This document shows positions 36,730-50,780 of a stretch of DNA of 64,000 bases, piece after piece. Numbering within the stretch: the stretch's first letter is position 1; every line of letters starts with the position of its first letter. The stretch is from Antedon mediterranea (Eukaryota > Animalia > Echinodermata): positions 10,228,352 through 10,292,351 of the forward strand of contig NC_092678.1 of assembly GCF_964355755.1 (NCBI RefSeq), written 5' to 3'. Both the position numbers and the translations under genes were made by a program. Under the pieces are notes generated by a model. The model was not told the origin of the DNA. It saw nothing but the letters and a program-made list of their open reading frames with translations, and searched no databases.

Positions 36730-39700
36730 CGAAAATCACAAAATGGTCTAAAACGTCTCCAAATGCGATTTGAAGATATTCTGAGCACTTTGGTGTTTTT
36801 ATGTTAAAAAGTTTTTTCGAAAATCACAAAATGGTCTAAAACGTCTCCAAATGCGATTTGAAGCTATTCTATACACTTTGATGTTTTGTGTTAAAAAGTT
36901 TTGTCGAAATGCTCAAAATGGTTTAAAACGTTTTTATAACGATATTAAGCTATTTTGTGCTCTTTGATGTTTTTGTGTAACCAAGTTTCATCGAAATGAA
37001 CAAAATGGTCTAAAACGTCTCCAAATGCGATTTGAAGCTTTTCCAAGCACTTTGCTGTTTTTATGTTAACAAGTTTTTTCGAAAATCACAAAATTGTCTA
37101 AAACGTCTCAAAATGCGATTTGAAGGTATTCTGAGCACTTTGGTGTTTTTGTGTGAAAAGTTTTAACGAAAAGCTCAAAATGGTCTAAAACGGTTCTAAT
37201 GTGATTTTAAGCACTTTGATGTTTTTGTACAACCAAGTTTCATCGAAATGCTCAAAATGGTCTAAAACGTTTTTAAAACGATATTAAGCTATTTTGTGCT
37301 CTTTGATGTTTTTGTGTAACCAAGTTTTTTCGAAAATCACAAAATGGTCTAAAACGTCTCCAAATGCGATTTGAAGCTTTTCTAAGCACTTTGGTGTTTT
37401 TATGTTAACAAGTTTTTTCGAAAATCACAAAATGGTCTAAAACGTCTCAAAATGCGATTTGAAGGTATTCTGAGCACTTTGGTGTTTTTGTGTGAAAAGT
37501 TTTAACGAAATGCTCAAAATGGTCTAAAACGGTTTCTAATGTGATTTTAACCACTTTGATGTTTTTGTGTAACCAAGTTCTTTTCGAAAATCACAAAATG
37601 GTCTAAAACGTCTCCAAATGCGATTTGAAGCTTTTCTAAGCACTTTGGTGTTTTTATGTTAACAAGTTTTTTCGAAAATCACAAAATGGTCTAAAACGTC
37701 TCAAAATGCGATTTGAAGGTATTCTGAGCACTTTGGTGTTTTTGTGTGAAAAGTTTTAACGAAATGCTCAAAATGGTCTAAAACGGTTTCTAATGTGATT
37801 TTAACCACTTTGATGTTTTTGTGTAACCAAGTTTTTTCGAAAATCACAAAATGGTCTAAAACGTCTCCAAATGCGATTTGAAGCTTTTCTAAGCACTTTG
37901 GTGTTTTTATGTTAACAAGTTTTTTCGAAAATCACAAAATGGTCTAAAACGTCTCCAAATGCGATTTGAAGCTATTCTGTACACTTTGATGTTTTGTGTG
38001 AAAAGTTTTAACGAAATGCTCAAAATTGTCTAAAACGGTTTCTAATGTGATTTTAAGCACTTTGATGTTTTTGTAAAACCAAGTTTCATCGAAATGCACA
38101 AAATGGTCTAAAACGTCTCCAAATGCGATTTGAAGCTTTTCCAAGCACTTTGGTGTTTTTATGTTAACAAGGTTTTTCGAAAATCACAAAATGGTCTAAA
38201 ACGTCTCCAAATGCGATTTGAAGCTTTTCCAAGCACTTTGCTGTTTTTATGTTAACAAGTTTTTTCGAAAATCACAAAATGGTCTAAAACGTCTCAAAAT
38301 ACGATATTAAGCTGTTTTGTGCACTTTGATGATTTGTGTGAAAAGTTTTAACGAAATGCTCAAAATGGTCTAAAACGGTTTCTAATGTGATTTTAAGCAC
38401 TTTGATGTTTTTATGTAGCCAAGTTTTTTCGAAAATCACAAAATGGTCAAAAACGTCTCCAAATGCGATTTGAAGCTTTTCTAAGCACTTTGGTTTTTTT
38501 ATGTTAACAAGTTTTTTCGAAAATCACAAAATGGTCTAAAACGTCTTCAAATGCGATTTGAAGATATTCTGAGCACTTTGGTGTTTTTCTGTTAAAAAGT
38601 ATTTTCGAAAATCACAAAATGGCCTAAAACGTCTCCAAATGCGATTTGAAGCTATTCTGTACACTTTGATGTTTTGTGTGAAAAAGTTTTGTCAAAATGC
38701 TCAAAATGGTCTAAAACGTTTTTAAAACGATATTAAGCTATTTTGTGCTCTTTGATGTGTTTGTATAACCAAGTTTTTTCGAAAATCACAAAATGGTCTA
38801 AAACGTCTCCAAATGCGATTTGAAGCTTTTCCAAGCACTTTGCTGTTTTTATGTTAACAATTTTTTTCGAAAATCATAAAATGGTCTAAAACGTCTCCAA
38901 ATGCGATTTGAAGCTATTCTGTACACTTTGATGTTTTGTGTGAAAAGTTTTGTCGAAATGCTCAAAATGGTCTAAAACGTTTTTAAAACGATATTAAGCT
39001 ATTTTGTGCTCTTTGATGTTTTTGTGTAACCAAGTTTCATCGAAATGAGCAAAATGGTCTAAAACGTCTCCAAATGCGATTTGAAGCTTTTCTAAGCACT
39101 TTGGTGTTTTTATGTTAACAAGTTTTTTCGAAAATCACAAAATGGTCTAAAACGTCTCCAAATGCGATTTGAAGATATTCTGAGCACTTTGCTGTTTTTA
39201 TGTTAACAAGTTTTTTCGAAAATCACAAAATGGTCTAAAACGTCTCAAAATGCTATTTGAAGGTATTCTGAGCACTTTGGTGTTTTTGTGTGAAAAGTTT
39301 TAACGAAATGCTCAAAATGGTCTAAAACGGTTCTAATGTGATTTTAAGCACTTTGATGTTTTTGTATAACCAAGTTTCATCGAAATGCTCAAAATGGTCT
39401 AAAACGTTTTTAAAACGATATTAAGCTATTTTGTGCTCTTTGATGTTTTTGTGTAACGAAGTTTCATCGAAATGAACAAAATGGTCTAAAACGTCTCCAA
39501 ATGCGATTTGAAGCTTTTCCAAGCACTTTGCTGTTTTTATGTTAACAAGTTTTTTCGAAAATCACAAAATGGCCTAAAACGTCTCAAAATGCGATTTCAA
39601 GGTATTCTGAGCACTTTGGTGTTTTTGTGTGAAAGGTTTTAACGAAATGCTCAAAATGGTCTAAAACGGTTTCTAATGTGATTTAAAGCACTTTGATGTT

Positions 39701-42700
39701 TTTGTATAACCAAGTTTCATCGAAATGCACAAAATGGTCTAAAACGTCTCCAAATGCGATTTGAAGCTTTTCTAAGCACTTTGCTGTTTTTATGTTAACA
39801 AGTTTTTTCGAAAATCACAAAATGGTCTAAAACGTCTCCAAATGCGATTTGAAGATATTCTGAGCACTTTGGTGTTTTTATGTTAAAAAGTTTTTTCGAA
39901 AATCACAAAATGGTCTAAAACGTCTCCAAATGCGATTTGAAGATATTCTGAGCACTTTGGTGTTTTTATGTTAACAAGTTTTTTCGAAAATCACAAAATG
40001 GTCTAAAACGTCTCCAAATGCGATTTGAAGCTATTCTGTACACTTTGATGTTTTGTGTGAAAAAGTTTTGTCGAAATGCTCAAAATGGTCTAAAACGTTT
40101 TTAAAACGATATTAAGCTATTTTGTGCTCTTTGATGTTTTTCTGTAACCAAGTTTTATCGAAATGAACAAAATGGTCTAAAACGTCTCCAAATGCGATTT
40201 GAAGCTTTTCCAAGCACTTTGCTGTTTTTATGTTAACAAGTTTTTTCGAAAATCACAAAATGGTCTAAAACGTCTCAAAATGCGATTTGAAGGTATTCTG
40301 AGCACTTTGGTGTTTTTGTGTGAAAAGTTTTAACGAAATGCTCAAAATTGTCTAAAACGGTTTCTAATGTGATTTTAAGCACTTTGATGTTTTTGTAAAA
40401 CCAAGTTTCATCGAAATGAACAAAATGGTCTAAAATGTCTCCAAATGCGATTTGAAGCTTTTCCAAGCACTTTGCTGTTTTTATGTTAACAAGCTTTTTC
40501 GAAAATCACAAAATGGTCTAAAACGTCTCCAAATGCGATTTGAAGATATTCTGAGCACTTTGGTGTTTTTATGTTAAAAAGTTTTTTCGAAAATCACAAA
40601 ATGGTCTAAAACGTCTCCAAATGCGATTTGAAGATATTCTGAGCACTTTGGTGTTTTTATGTTAAAAAGTTTTTTCGAAAATCACAAAATGGTCTAAAAC
40701 GTCTCCAAATGCGATTTGAAGCTATTCTGTACACTTTGATGTTTTGTGTGAAAAAGTTTTGTCGAAATGCTCAAAATGGTTTAAAACGTTTTTAAAACGA
40801 TATTAAGTTATTTTGTGCTCTTTGATGTTTTTGTGTAACCAAGTTTCATCGAAATGAACAAAATGGTCTAAAACGTCTCCAAATGCGATTTGAAGCTTTT
40901 CCAAGCACTTTGCTGTTTTTATGTTAACAAGTTTTTTCGAAAATCACAAAATGGTGTAAAACGTCTCAAAATGCGATTTGAAGGTATTCTGAGCACTTTG
41001 GTGTTTTTGTGTGAAAAGTTTTAACGAAATGCTCAAAATGGTCTAAAACGGTTCTAATGTGATTTTAAGCTATTCTAGACACTTTGATGTTTTGTGTGAA
41101 AAAGTTTTCTCGAAATGCTCAAAATGGTCTAAAACGTTTTCCAATACCATATTAAGCTATTTTGTGCAATTTGATGTTTTTGTGTAACCAAGTTTTTTGA
41201 AATGCGATTTGAAGATATTCTGAGGACTCTGGTGTTTTTATGTTAAAAAGTTTTTTCGAAAATCACAAAATGGTCTAAAACGTCTCCAAATGCGATTTGA
41301 AGATATTCTGAGCACTTTGGTGTTTTTATGTTAAAAAGTTTTTTCGAAAATCACAAAATGGTCTAAAACGTCTCCAAATGCGAGTTGAAGCTATTCTGTA
41401 CACTTTGATGTTTTGTGTGAAAAAGTTTTGTCGAAATGCTCAAAATGGTCTAAAACGTTTTTAAAACGATATTAAGCTATTTTGTGCTCTTTGATGTTTT
41501 TGTGTAACCAAGTTTTTTCGAAAATCACAAAATGGTCTAAAACGTCTCCAAATGCGATTTGAAGCTTTTCTAAGCACTTTGGTGTTTTTATGTTAACAAG
41601 TTTTTTCGCAAATCACAAAATGGTCTAAAACGTCTCCAAATGCGATTTGAAGATATTCTGAGCACATTGGTGTTTTTATGTTAAAAAAGTTTTTTCGAAA
41701 ATCACAAAATGGTCTAAAACGTTTCCAAATGCGATTTGAAGCTCTTCTGTACACTTTGATGTTTTGTGTGAAAAAGTTTTTTCGAAATGCTCAAAATGGT
41801 CTAAAACGTTTTTAAATACGATATTAAGCTGTTTTGTGCACTTTGATGGTTTGTGTGAAAAGTTTTAACGAAATGCTCAAAATGGTCAAAAACGGTTTCT
41901 AATGTGATTTTAAGCACTTTGATGTTTTTGTGTAACCAAGTTTTTTCGAAAATCACAAATTGGTCTAAAACGTCTCCAAATGCGATTTGAAGCTTTTCTA
42001 AACACTTTGGTGCTTTTATGTTAACAAGTTTTTTCGAAAATCACAAAATGGTCTAAAACGTCTCCAAATGCGATTTGAAGCTTTTCTAAACACTTTGGTG
42101 TTTTTATGTTAACAAGTTTTTTCGAAAATCACAAAATGGTCTAAAACGTCTTCAAATGCGATTTGAAGATATTCTGAGCACTTTGGTGTTTTTCTGTTAA
42201 AAAGTTTTTTCGAAAATCACAAAATGGTCTAAAACGTCTCCAAATGCGATTTGAAGCTCTTCTGTACACTTTGATGTTTTGTGTGAAAAAGTTTTCTCGA
42301 AATGCTCAAAATGGTCTAAAACGTTTTCCAATACCATATTAAGCTATTTTGTGCAATTTGATGTTTTTATGTAACCAAGTTTTTTGAAATGCGATTTGAA
42401 GATATTCTGAGCACTTTGGTGTTTTTATGTTAAAAAGTTTTTTCGAAAATCACAAAATGGTCTAAAACGTCTCCAAATGCGATTTGAAGATATTCTGAGC
42501 ACTTTGGTGTTTTTATGTTAAAAAGTTTTTTCGAAAATCACAAAATGGTCTAAAACGTCTCCAAATGCGATTTGAAGCTATTCTGTACACTTTGATGTTT
42601 TGTGTGAAAAAGTTTTGTCGAAATGCTCAAAATGGTCTAAAACGTTTTTAAAACGATATTAAGCTATTTTGTGCTCTTTGATGTTTTTGTGTAACCAAGT

Positions 42701-45660
42701 TTTTTCGAAAATCACAAAATGGTCTAAAACGTCTCCAAATGCGATTTGAAGCTTTTCTAAGCACTTTGGTGTTTTTATGTTAACAAGTTTTTTCGAAAAT
42801 CACAAAATGGTCTAAAACGTCTCAAAATGCGATTTGAAGGTATTCTGAGCACTTTGGTGTTTTTGTGTGAAAAGTTTTAACGAAATGCTCAAAATGGTCT
42901 AAAACGGTTTCTAATGTGATTTTAAGCACTTTGATGTTTTTGTGTAACCAAGTTTTTTCGAAAATCACAAAATGGTCTAAAACGTCTCCAAATGCGATTT
43001 GAAGCTATTCTGTACACTTTGATGTTTTGTGTGAAAAAAGTTTTGTCGAAATGCTCAAAATGGTCTAAAACGTTTTTAAAACGATATTGAGCTATTTTGT
43101 GCTCTTTGATGTTTTTGTGTAACCAAGTTTTATCGAAATGAACAAAATGGTCTAAAACGTCTCCAAATGCGATTTGAAGCTTTTCCAAGCACTTTGCTGT
43201 TTTTATATTAAGTTTTTTCGAAAATCACAAAATGGTCTAAAACGTCTCTAAATGCGATTTGAAGGTATTCTGAGCAATTTGGTGTTTTTGTGTGAAAAGT
43301 TTTAACGAAATGCTCAAAATTGTCTAAAACGGTTTCTAATGTGATTTTAAGCACTTTGATGTTTTTGTAAAACCAAGTTTCATCGAAATGCACAAAATGG
43401 TCTAAAACGTCTCCAAATGCGATTTGAAGCTATTCTGTACACTTTGATGTTTTGTGTGAAAAAAGTTTTGTCGAAATGCTCAAAATGGTCTAAAACGTTT
43501 TTAAAACGATATTAAGCTATTTTGTGCTCTTTGATGTTTTTGTGTAACCAAGTTTTATCGAAATGAACAAAATGGTCTAAAACGTCTCCAAATGCGATTT
43601 GAAGCTTTTCCAAGCACTTTGCTGTTTTTATGTTAACAGGTTTTTTCGAAAATCACAAAATGGTCTAAAACGTCTCAAAATGCGATTTGAAGGTATTCTG
43701 AGCACTTTGGTGTTTTTGTGTGAAAAGTTTTAACGAAATGCTCAAAATTGTCTAAAACGGTTTCTAATGTGATTTTAAGCACTTTGATGTTTTTGTAAAA
43801 CCAAGTTTCATCGAAATGCACAAAATGGTCTAAAATGTCTCCAAATGCGATTTGAAGCTTTTCCAAGCACTTTGCTGTTTTTATGTTAACAAGCTTTTTC
43901 GAAAATCACAAAAGGGTCTAAAACGTCTCCAAATGTGATTTGAAGATATTCTGAGCACTTTGGTATTTTTATGTTAAAAAGTTTTTTCGAAAATCACAAA
44001 ATGGTCTAAAACGTCTCCAAATGCGATTTGAAGATATTCTGAGCACTTTGGTGTTTTTATGTTAAAAAGTTTTTTCGAAAATCACAAAATGGTCTAAAAC
44101 GTCTCCAAATGCGATTTGAAGCTATTCTGTACACTTTGATGTTTTGTGTGAAAAAGTTTTGTCGAAATGCTCAAAATGGTTTAAAACGTTTTTAAAACGA
44201 TATTAAGCTATTTTGTGCTCTTTGATGTTTTTGTATAACCAAGTTTCATCGAAATGCACAAAATGGTCTAAAACGTCTCCAAATACGATTTGAAGCTTTT
44301 CCAAGCACTTTGCTGTTTTTATGTTAACAAGTTTTTTCGAAAATCACAAAATTGTCTAAAACGTCTCAAAATGCGATTTGAAGGTATTCTGAGCACTTTG
44401 GTGTTTTTGTGTGAAAAGTTTTAACGAAAAGCTCAAAATGGTCTAAAACGGTTCTAATGTGATTTTAAGCACTTTGATGTTTTTGTACAACCAAGTTTCA
44501 TCGAAATGCTCAAAATGGTCTAAAACGTTTTTAAAACGATATTAAGCTATTTTGTGCTCTTTGATGTTTTTGTGTAACCAAGTTTTTTTCGAAAATCACA
44601 AAATGGTCTAAAACGTCTCCAAATGCGATTTGAAGCTTTTCTAAGCACTTTGGTGTTTTTATGTTAACAAGTTTTTTCGAAAATCGCAAAATGGTCTAAA
44701 ACGTCTCAAAATGCGATTTGAAGGTATTCTGAGCACTTTGGTGTTTTTGTGTGAAAAGTTTTAACGAAATGCTCAAAATGGTCTAAAACGGTTTCTAATG
44801 TGATTTTAACCACTTTGATGTTTTTGTGTAACCAAGTTCTTTTCGAAAATCACAAAATGGTCTAAAACGTCTCCAAATGCGATTTGAAGCTTTTCTAAGC
44901 ACTTTGGTGTTTTTATGTTAACAAGTTTTTTCGAAAATCACAAAATGGTCTAAAACGTCTCAAAATGCGATTTGAAGGTATTCTGAGCACTTTGGTGTTT
45001 TTGTGTGAAAAGTTTTAACGAAATGCTCAAAATGGTCTAAAACGGTTTCTAATGTGATTTTAACCACTTTGATGTTTTTGTGTAACCAAGTTTTTTCGAA
45101 AATCACAAAATGGTCTAAAACGTCTCCAAATGCGATTTGAAGCTTTTCTAAGCACTTTGGTGTTTTTATGTTAACAAGTTTTTTCGAAAATCACAAAATG
45201 GTCTAAAACGTCTCCAAATGCGATTTGAAGCTATTCTGTACACTTTGATGTTTTGTGTGAAAAAAGTTTTGTCGAAATGCTCAAAATGGTCTAAAACGTT
45301 TTTAAAACGATATTAAGCTATTTTGTGCTCTTTGATGTTTTTGTGTAACCAAGTTTTATCGAAATGAACAAAATGTTCTAAAACGTCTCCAAATGCGATT
45401 TGAAGCTTTTCCAAGCACTTTGCTGTTTTTATGTTAAGTTTTTTCGAAAATCACAAATTGGTCTAAAACGTCTCTAAATGCGAGTTGAAGGTATTCTGAG
45501 CACTTTGGTGTTTTTGTGTGAAAAGTTTTAACGAAATGCTCAAAATTGTCTAAAACGGTTTCTAATGTGATTTTAAGCACTTTGATGTTTTTGTAAAACC
45601 AAGTTTCATCGAAATGCACAAAATGGTCTAAAACGTCTCCAAATGCGATTTGAAGCTTTT
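36730..45660 (+). repeat. ~8.9-kb block, partner of 18790-27720; homology to copy 1 continues to ~46960
   Basis: Same markers at a constant +17938 offset; GTGAATAAG marker shared between 6100 and 45861. Confidence 0.9.
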
Positions 45661-46109
45661 CCAAGCACTTTGCTGTTTTTATGTTAACAAGCTTTTTCGA
45701 AAATCACAAAATGGTCTAAAACGTCTCCAAATGCGATTTGAAGATATTCTGAGCACTTTGGTGTTTTTATGTTAAAAAGTTTTTTCGAAAATCACAAAAT
45801 GGTCTAAAACGTCTCCAAATGCGATTTGAAGCTCTTCTGTACACTTTGATGTTTTGTGTGAATAAGTTTTGTCAAAATGCTCAAAATGGTCTAAAACGTT
45901 TTTAAAACGATATTAAGCTATTTTGTGCTCTTTGATGTTTTTGTATAACCAAGTTTTTTCGAAAATCACAAAATTGTCTAAAACGTCTCCAAATGCGATT
46001 TGAAGATATTCTGAGCACTTTGGTGTTTTTATGTTAAAAAGTTTTTTCGAAAATCACAAAATGGTCTAAAACGTCTCCAAATGCGATTTGAAGATATTCT
46101 GAGCACTTT

Positions 46110-49100
46110 GGTGTTTTGTGTGAAAAGTTTTGTCGAAATGCTCAAAATGGTCTAAAACGTTTTTAAAACGATATTAAGCTATTTTGTGCTCTTTGATGTT
46201 TTTGTGTAACCAAGTTTCATCGAAATGAACAAAATGGTCTAAAACGTCTCCAAATGCGATTTGAAGCTTTTCTAAGCACTTTGGTGTTTTTATGTTAACA
46301 AGTTTTTTCGAAAATCACAAAATGGTCTAAAACGTCTCCAAATGCGATTTGAAGATATTCTGAGCACTTTGCTGTTTTTATGTTAACAAGTTTTTTCGAA
46401 AATCACAAAATGGTCTAAAACGTCTCAAAATGCTATTTGAAGGTATTCTGAGCACTTTGGTGTTTTTGTGTGAAAAGTTTTAACGAAATGCTCAAAATGG
46501 TCTAAAACGGTTCTAATGTGATTTTAAGCACTTTGATGTTTTTGTATAACCAAGTTTCATCGAAATGCTCAAAATGGTCTAAAACGTTTTTAAAACGATA
46601 TTAAGCTATTTTGTGCTCTTTGATGTTTTTGTGTAACGAAGTTTCATCGAAATGAACAAAATGGTCTAAAACGTCTCCAAATGCGATTTGAAGCTTTTCC
46701 AAGCACTTTGCTGTTTTTATGTTAACAAGTTTTTTCGAAAATCACAAAATGGCCTAAAACCTCTCAAAATGCGATTTCAAGGTATTCTGAGCACTTTGGT
46801 GTTTTTGTGTGAAAGGTTTTAACGAAATGCTCAAAATGGTCTAAAACGGTTTCTAATGTGATTTTAAGCACTTTGATGTTTTTGTATAACCAAGTTTCAT
46901 CAAAATGCACAAAATGGTCTAAAACGTCTCCAAATGCGATTTGAAGCTTTTCTAAGCACTTTGCTGTTTTTATGTTAAAAAGTTTTTTCGAAAATCACAA
47001 AATGGTCTAAAACGTCTCCAAATGCGATTTGAAGATATTCTGAGCACTTTGGTGTTTTTATGTTAAAAAGTTTTTTCGAAAATCACAAAATGGTCTAAAA
47101 CGTCTCCAAATGCGATTTGAAGATATTCTGAGCACTTTGGTGTTTTTATGTTAAAAAGTTTTTTCGAAAATCACAAAATGGTCTAAAACGTCTCCAAATG
47201 CGATTTGAAGCTATTCTGTACACTTTGATGTTTTGTGTGAAAAAGTTTTGTCGAAATGCTCAAAATGGTCTAAAACGTTTTTAAAACGATATTAAGCTAT
47301 TTTGTGCTCTTTGATGTTTTTGTGTAACCAAGTTTTATCGAAATGAACAAAATGGTCTAAAACGTCTCCAAATGCGATTTGAAGCTTTTCTAAGCACTTT
47401 GCTGTTTTTATGTTAACAAGTTTTTTCGAAAATCACAAAATGGTCTAAAACGTCTCCAAATGGGATTTGAAGCTTTTCTAAGCACTTTGGTGTTTTTATG
47501 TTAACAAGTTTTTTCGAAAAACACAAAATGGTCTAAAACGTCTCCAAATGCGATTTGAAGATATTCTGAGCACTTTGGTGTTTTTATGTTAAAAAGTATT
47601 TTCGAAAATCACAAAATGGTCTAAAACGTCTCCAAATGCGATTTGAAGCTCTTCTGTACACTTTGATGTTTTGTGTGAAAAAGTTTAGTCGAAATGCTCA
47701 AAATGGTCTAAAACGTTTTTAAAACGATATTAAGCTATTTTGTGCTCTTTGATGTTTTTGTGTAACCAAGTTTCATCGAAAATCACAAAATGGTCTAAAA
47801 CGTCTCCAAATGCGATTTGAAGCTTTTCCAAGCACTTTGCTGTTTTTATGTTAACAAGTTTTTTCGAAAATCACAAAATGGTCTAAAACGTCTCAAAATG
47901 CGATTTGAAGGTATTCTGAGCACTTTGGTGTTTTTGTGTGAAAAGTTTTAACGAAATGCTCAAAATTGTCTAAAACGGTTTCTAATGTGATTTTAAGCAC
48001 TTTGATGTTTTTGTAAAACCAAGTTTCATCGAAATGAACAAAATGGTCTAAAATGTCTCCAAATGCGATTTGAAGCTTTTCCAAGCACTTTGCTGTTTTT
48101 ATGTTAACAAGCTTTTTCGAAAATCACAAAATGGTCTAAAACGTCTCCAAATGCGATTTGAAGATATTCTGAGCACTTTGGTGTTTTTATGTTAAAAAGT
48201 TTTTTCGAAAATCACAAAATGGTCTAAAACGTCTCCAAATGCGATTTGAAGATATTCTAAGCACTTTGGTGTTTTTATGTTAACAAGTTTTTTCGAAAAT
48301 CACAAAATGGTCTAAAACGTCTCCAAATGCGATTTGAAGATATTCTGAGCACTTTGGTGTTTTTCTGTTAAAAAGTATTTTCGAAAATCACAAAATGGTC
48401 TAAAACGTCTCCAAATGCAATTTGAAGCTATTCTGTACACTTTGATGTTTTGTGTGAAAAGTTTTGTCGAAATGCTCAAAATGGTCTAAAACGTTTTTAA
48501 AACGATATTAAGCTATTTTGTGCTCTTTGATGTTTTTGTGTAACCAAGTTTCATCGAAATGAACAAAATGGTCTAAAACGTCTCCAAATGCGATTTGAAG
48601 CTTTTCTAAGCACTTTGGTGTTTTTATGTTAACAAGTTTTTTCGAAAATCACAAAATGGTCTAAAACGTCTCCAAATGCGATTTGAAGATATTCTGAGCA
48701 CTTTGCTGTTTTTATGTTAACAAGTTTTTTCGAAAATCACAAAATGGTCTAAAACGTCTCAAAATGCTATTTGAAGGTATTCTGAGCACTTTGGTGTTTT
48801 TGTGTGAAAAGTTTTAACGAAATGCTCAAAATGGTCTAAAACGGTTCTAATGTGATTTTAAGCACTTTGATGTTTTTGTATAACCAAGTTTCATCGAAAT
48901 GCTCAAAATGGTCTAAAACGTTTTTAAAACGATATTAAGCTATTTTGTGCTCTTTGATGTTTTTGTGTAACGAAGTTTCATCGAAATGAACAAAATGGTC
49001 TAAAACGTCTCCAAATGCGATTTGAAGCTTTTCCAAGCACTTTGCTGTTTTTATGTTAACAAGTTTTTTCGAAAATCACAAAATGGCCTAAAACCTCTCA

Positions 49101-50780
49101 AAATGCGATTTCAAGGTATTCTGAGCACTTTGGTGTTTTTGTGTGAAAGGTTTTAACGAAATGCTCAAAATGGTCTAAAACGGTTTCTAATGTGATTTTA
49201 AGCACTTTGATGTTTTTGTATAACCAAGTTTCATCAAAATGCACAAAATGGTCTAAAACGTCTCCAAATGCGATTTGAAGCTTTTCTAAGCACTTTGCTG
49301 TTTTTATGTTAAAAAGTTTTTTCGAAAATCACAAAATGGTCTAAAACGTCTCCAAATGCGATTTGAAGATATTCTGAGCACTTTGGTGTTTTTATGTTAA
49401 AAAGTTTTTTCGAAAATCACAAAATGGTCTAAAACGTCTCCAAATGCGATTTGAAGATATTCTGAGCACTTTGGTGTTTTTATGTTAAAAAGTTTTTTCG
49501 AAAATCACAAAATGGTCTAAAACGTCTCCAAATGCGATTTGAAGCTATTCTGTACACTTTGATGTTTTGTGTGAAAAAGTTTTGTCGAAATGCTCAAAAT
49601 GGTCTAAAACGTTTTTAAAACGATATTAAGCTATTTTGTGCTCTTTGATGTTTTTGTGTAACCAAGTTTTATCGAAATGAACAAAATGGTCTAAAACGTC
49701 TCCAAATGCGATTTGAAGCTTTTCTAAGCACTTTGCTGTTTTTATGTTAACAAGTTTTTTCGAAAATCACAAAATGGTCTAAAACGTCTCCAAATGGGAT
49801 TTGAAGCTTTTCTAAGCACTTTGGTGTTTTTATGTTAACAAGTTTTTTCGAAAAACACAAAATGGTCTAAAACGTCTCCAAATGCGATTTGAAGATATTC
49901 TGAGCACTTTGGTGTTTTTATGTTAAAAAGTATTTTCGAAAATCACAAAATGGTCTAAAACGTCTCCAAATGCGATTTGAAGCTCTTCTGTACACTTTGA
50001 TGTTTTGTGTGAAAAAGTTTAGTCGAAATGCTCAAAATGGTCTAAAACGTTTTTAAAACGATATTAAGCTATTTTGTGCTCTTTGATGTTTTTGTGTAAC
50101 CAAGTTTCATCGAAAATCACAAAATGGTCTAAAACGTCTCCAAATGCGATTTGAAGCTTTTCCAAGCACTTTGCTGTTTTTATGTTAACAAGTTTTTTCG
50201 AAAATCACAAAATGGTCTAAAACGTCTCAAAATGCGATTTGAAGGTATTCTGAGCACTTTGGTGTTTTTGTGTGAAAAGTTTTAACGAAATGCTCAAAAT
50301 TGTCTAAAACGGTTTCTAATGTGATTTTAAGCACTTTGATGTTTTTGTAAAACCAAGTTTCATCGAAATGAACAAAATGGTCTAAAATGTCTCCAAATGC
50401 GATTTGAAGCTTTTCCAAGCACTTTGCTGTTTTTATGTTAACAAGCTTTTTCGAAAATCACAAAATGGTCTAAAACGTCTCCAAATGCGATTTGAAGATA
50501 TTCTGAGCACTTTGGTGTTTTTATGTTAAAAAGTTTTTTCGAAAATCACAAAATGGTCTAAAACGTCTCCAAATGCGATTTGAAGATATTCTAAGCACTT
50601 TGGTGTTTTTATGTTAACAAGTTTTTTCGAAAATCACAAAATGGTCTAAAACGTCTCCAAATGCGATTTGAAGATATTCTGAGCACTTTGGTGTTTTTCT
50701 GTTAAAAAGTATTTTCGAAAATCACAAAATGGTCTAAAACGTCTCCAAATGCAATTTGAAGCTATTCTGTACACTTTGAT
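46110..50780 (+). repeat. Direct tandem duplication, 2 x 2334 bp (27 monomers)
   Basis: TGCTATTTG at 46431/48765; GGCCTAAAACCTCTC, CATCAAAATG, AAATGGGATTT each duplicated; ORFs 47893/50227. Confidence 0.88.
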
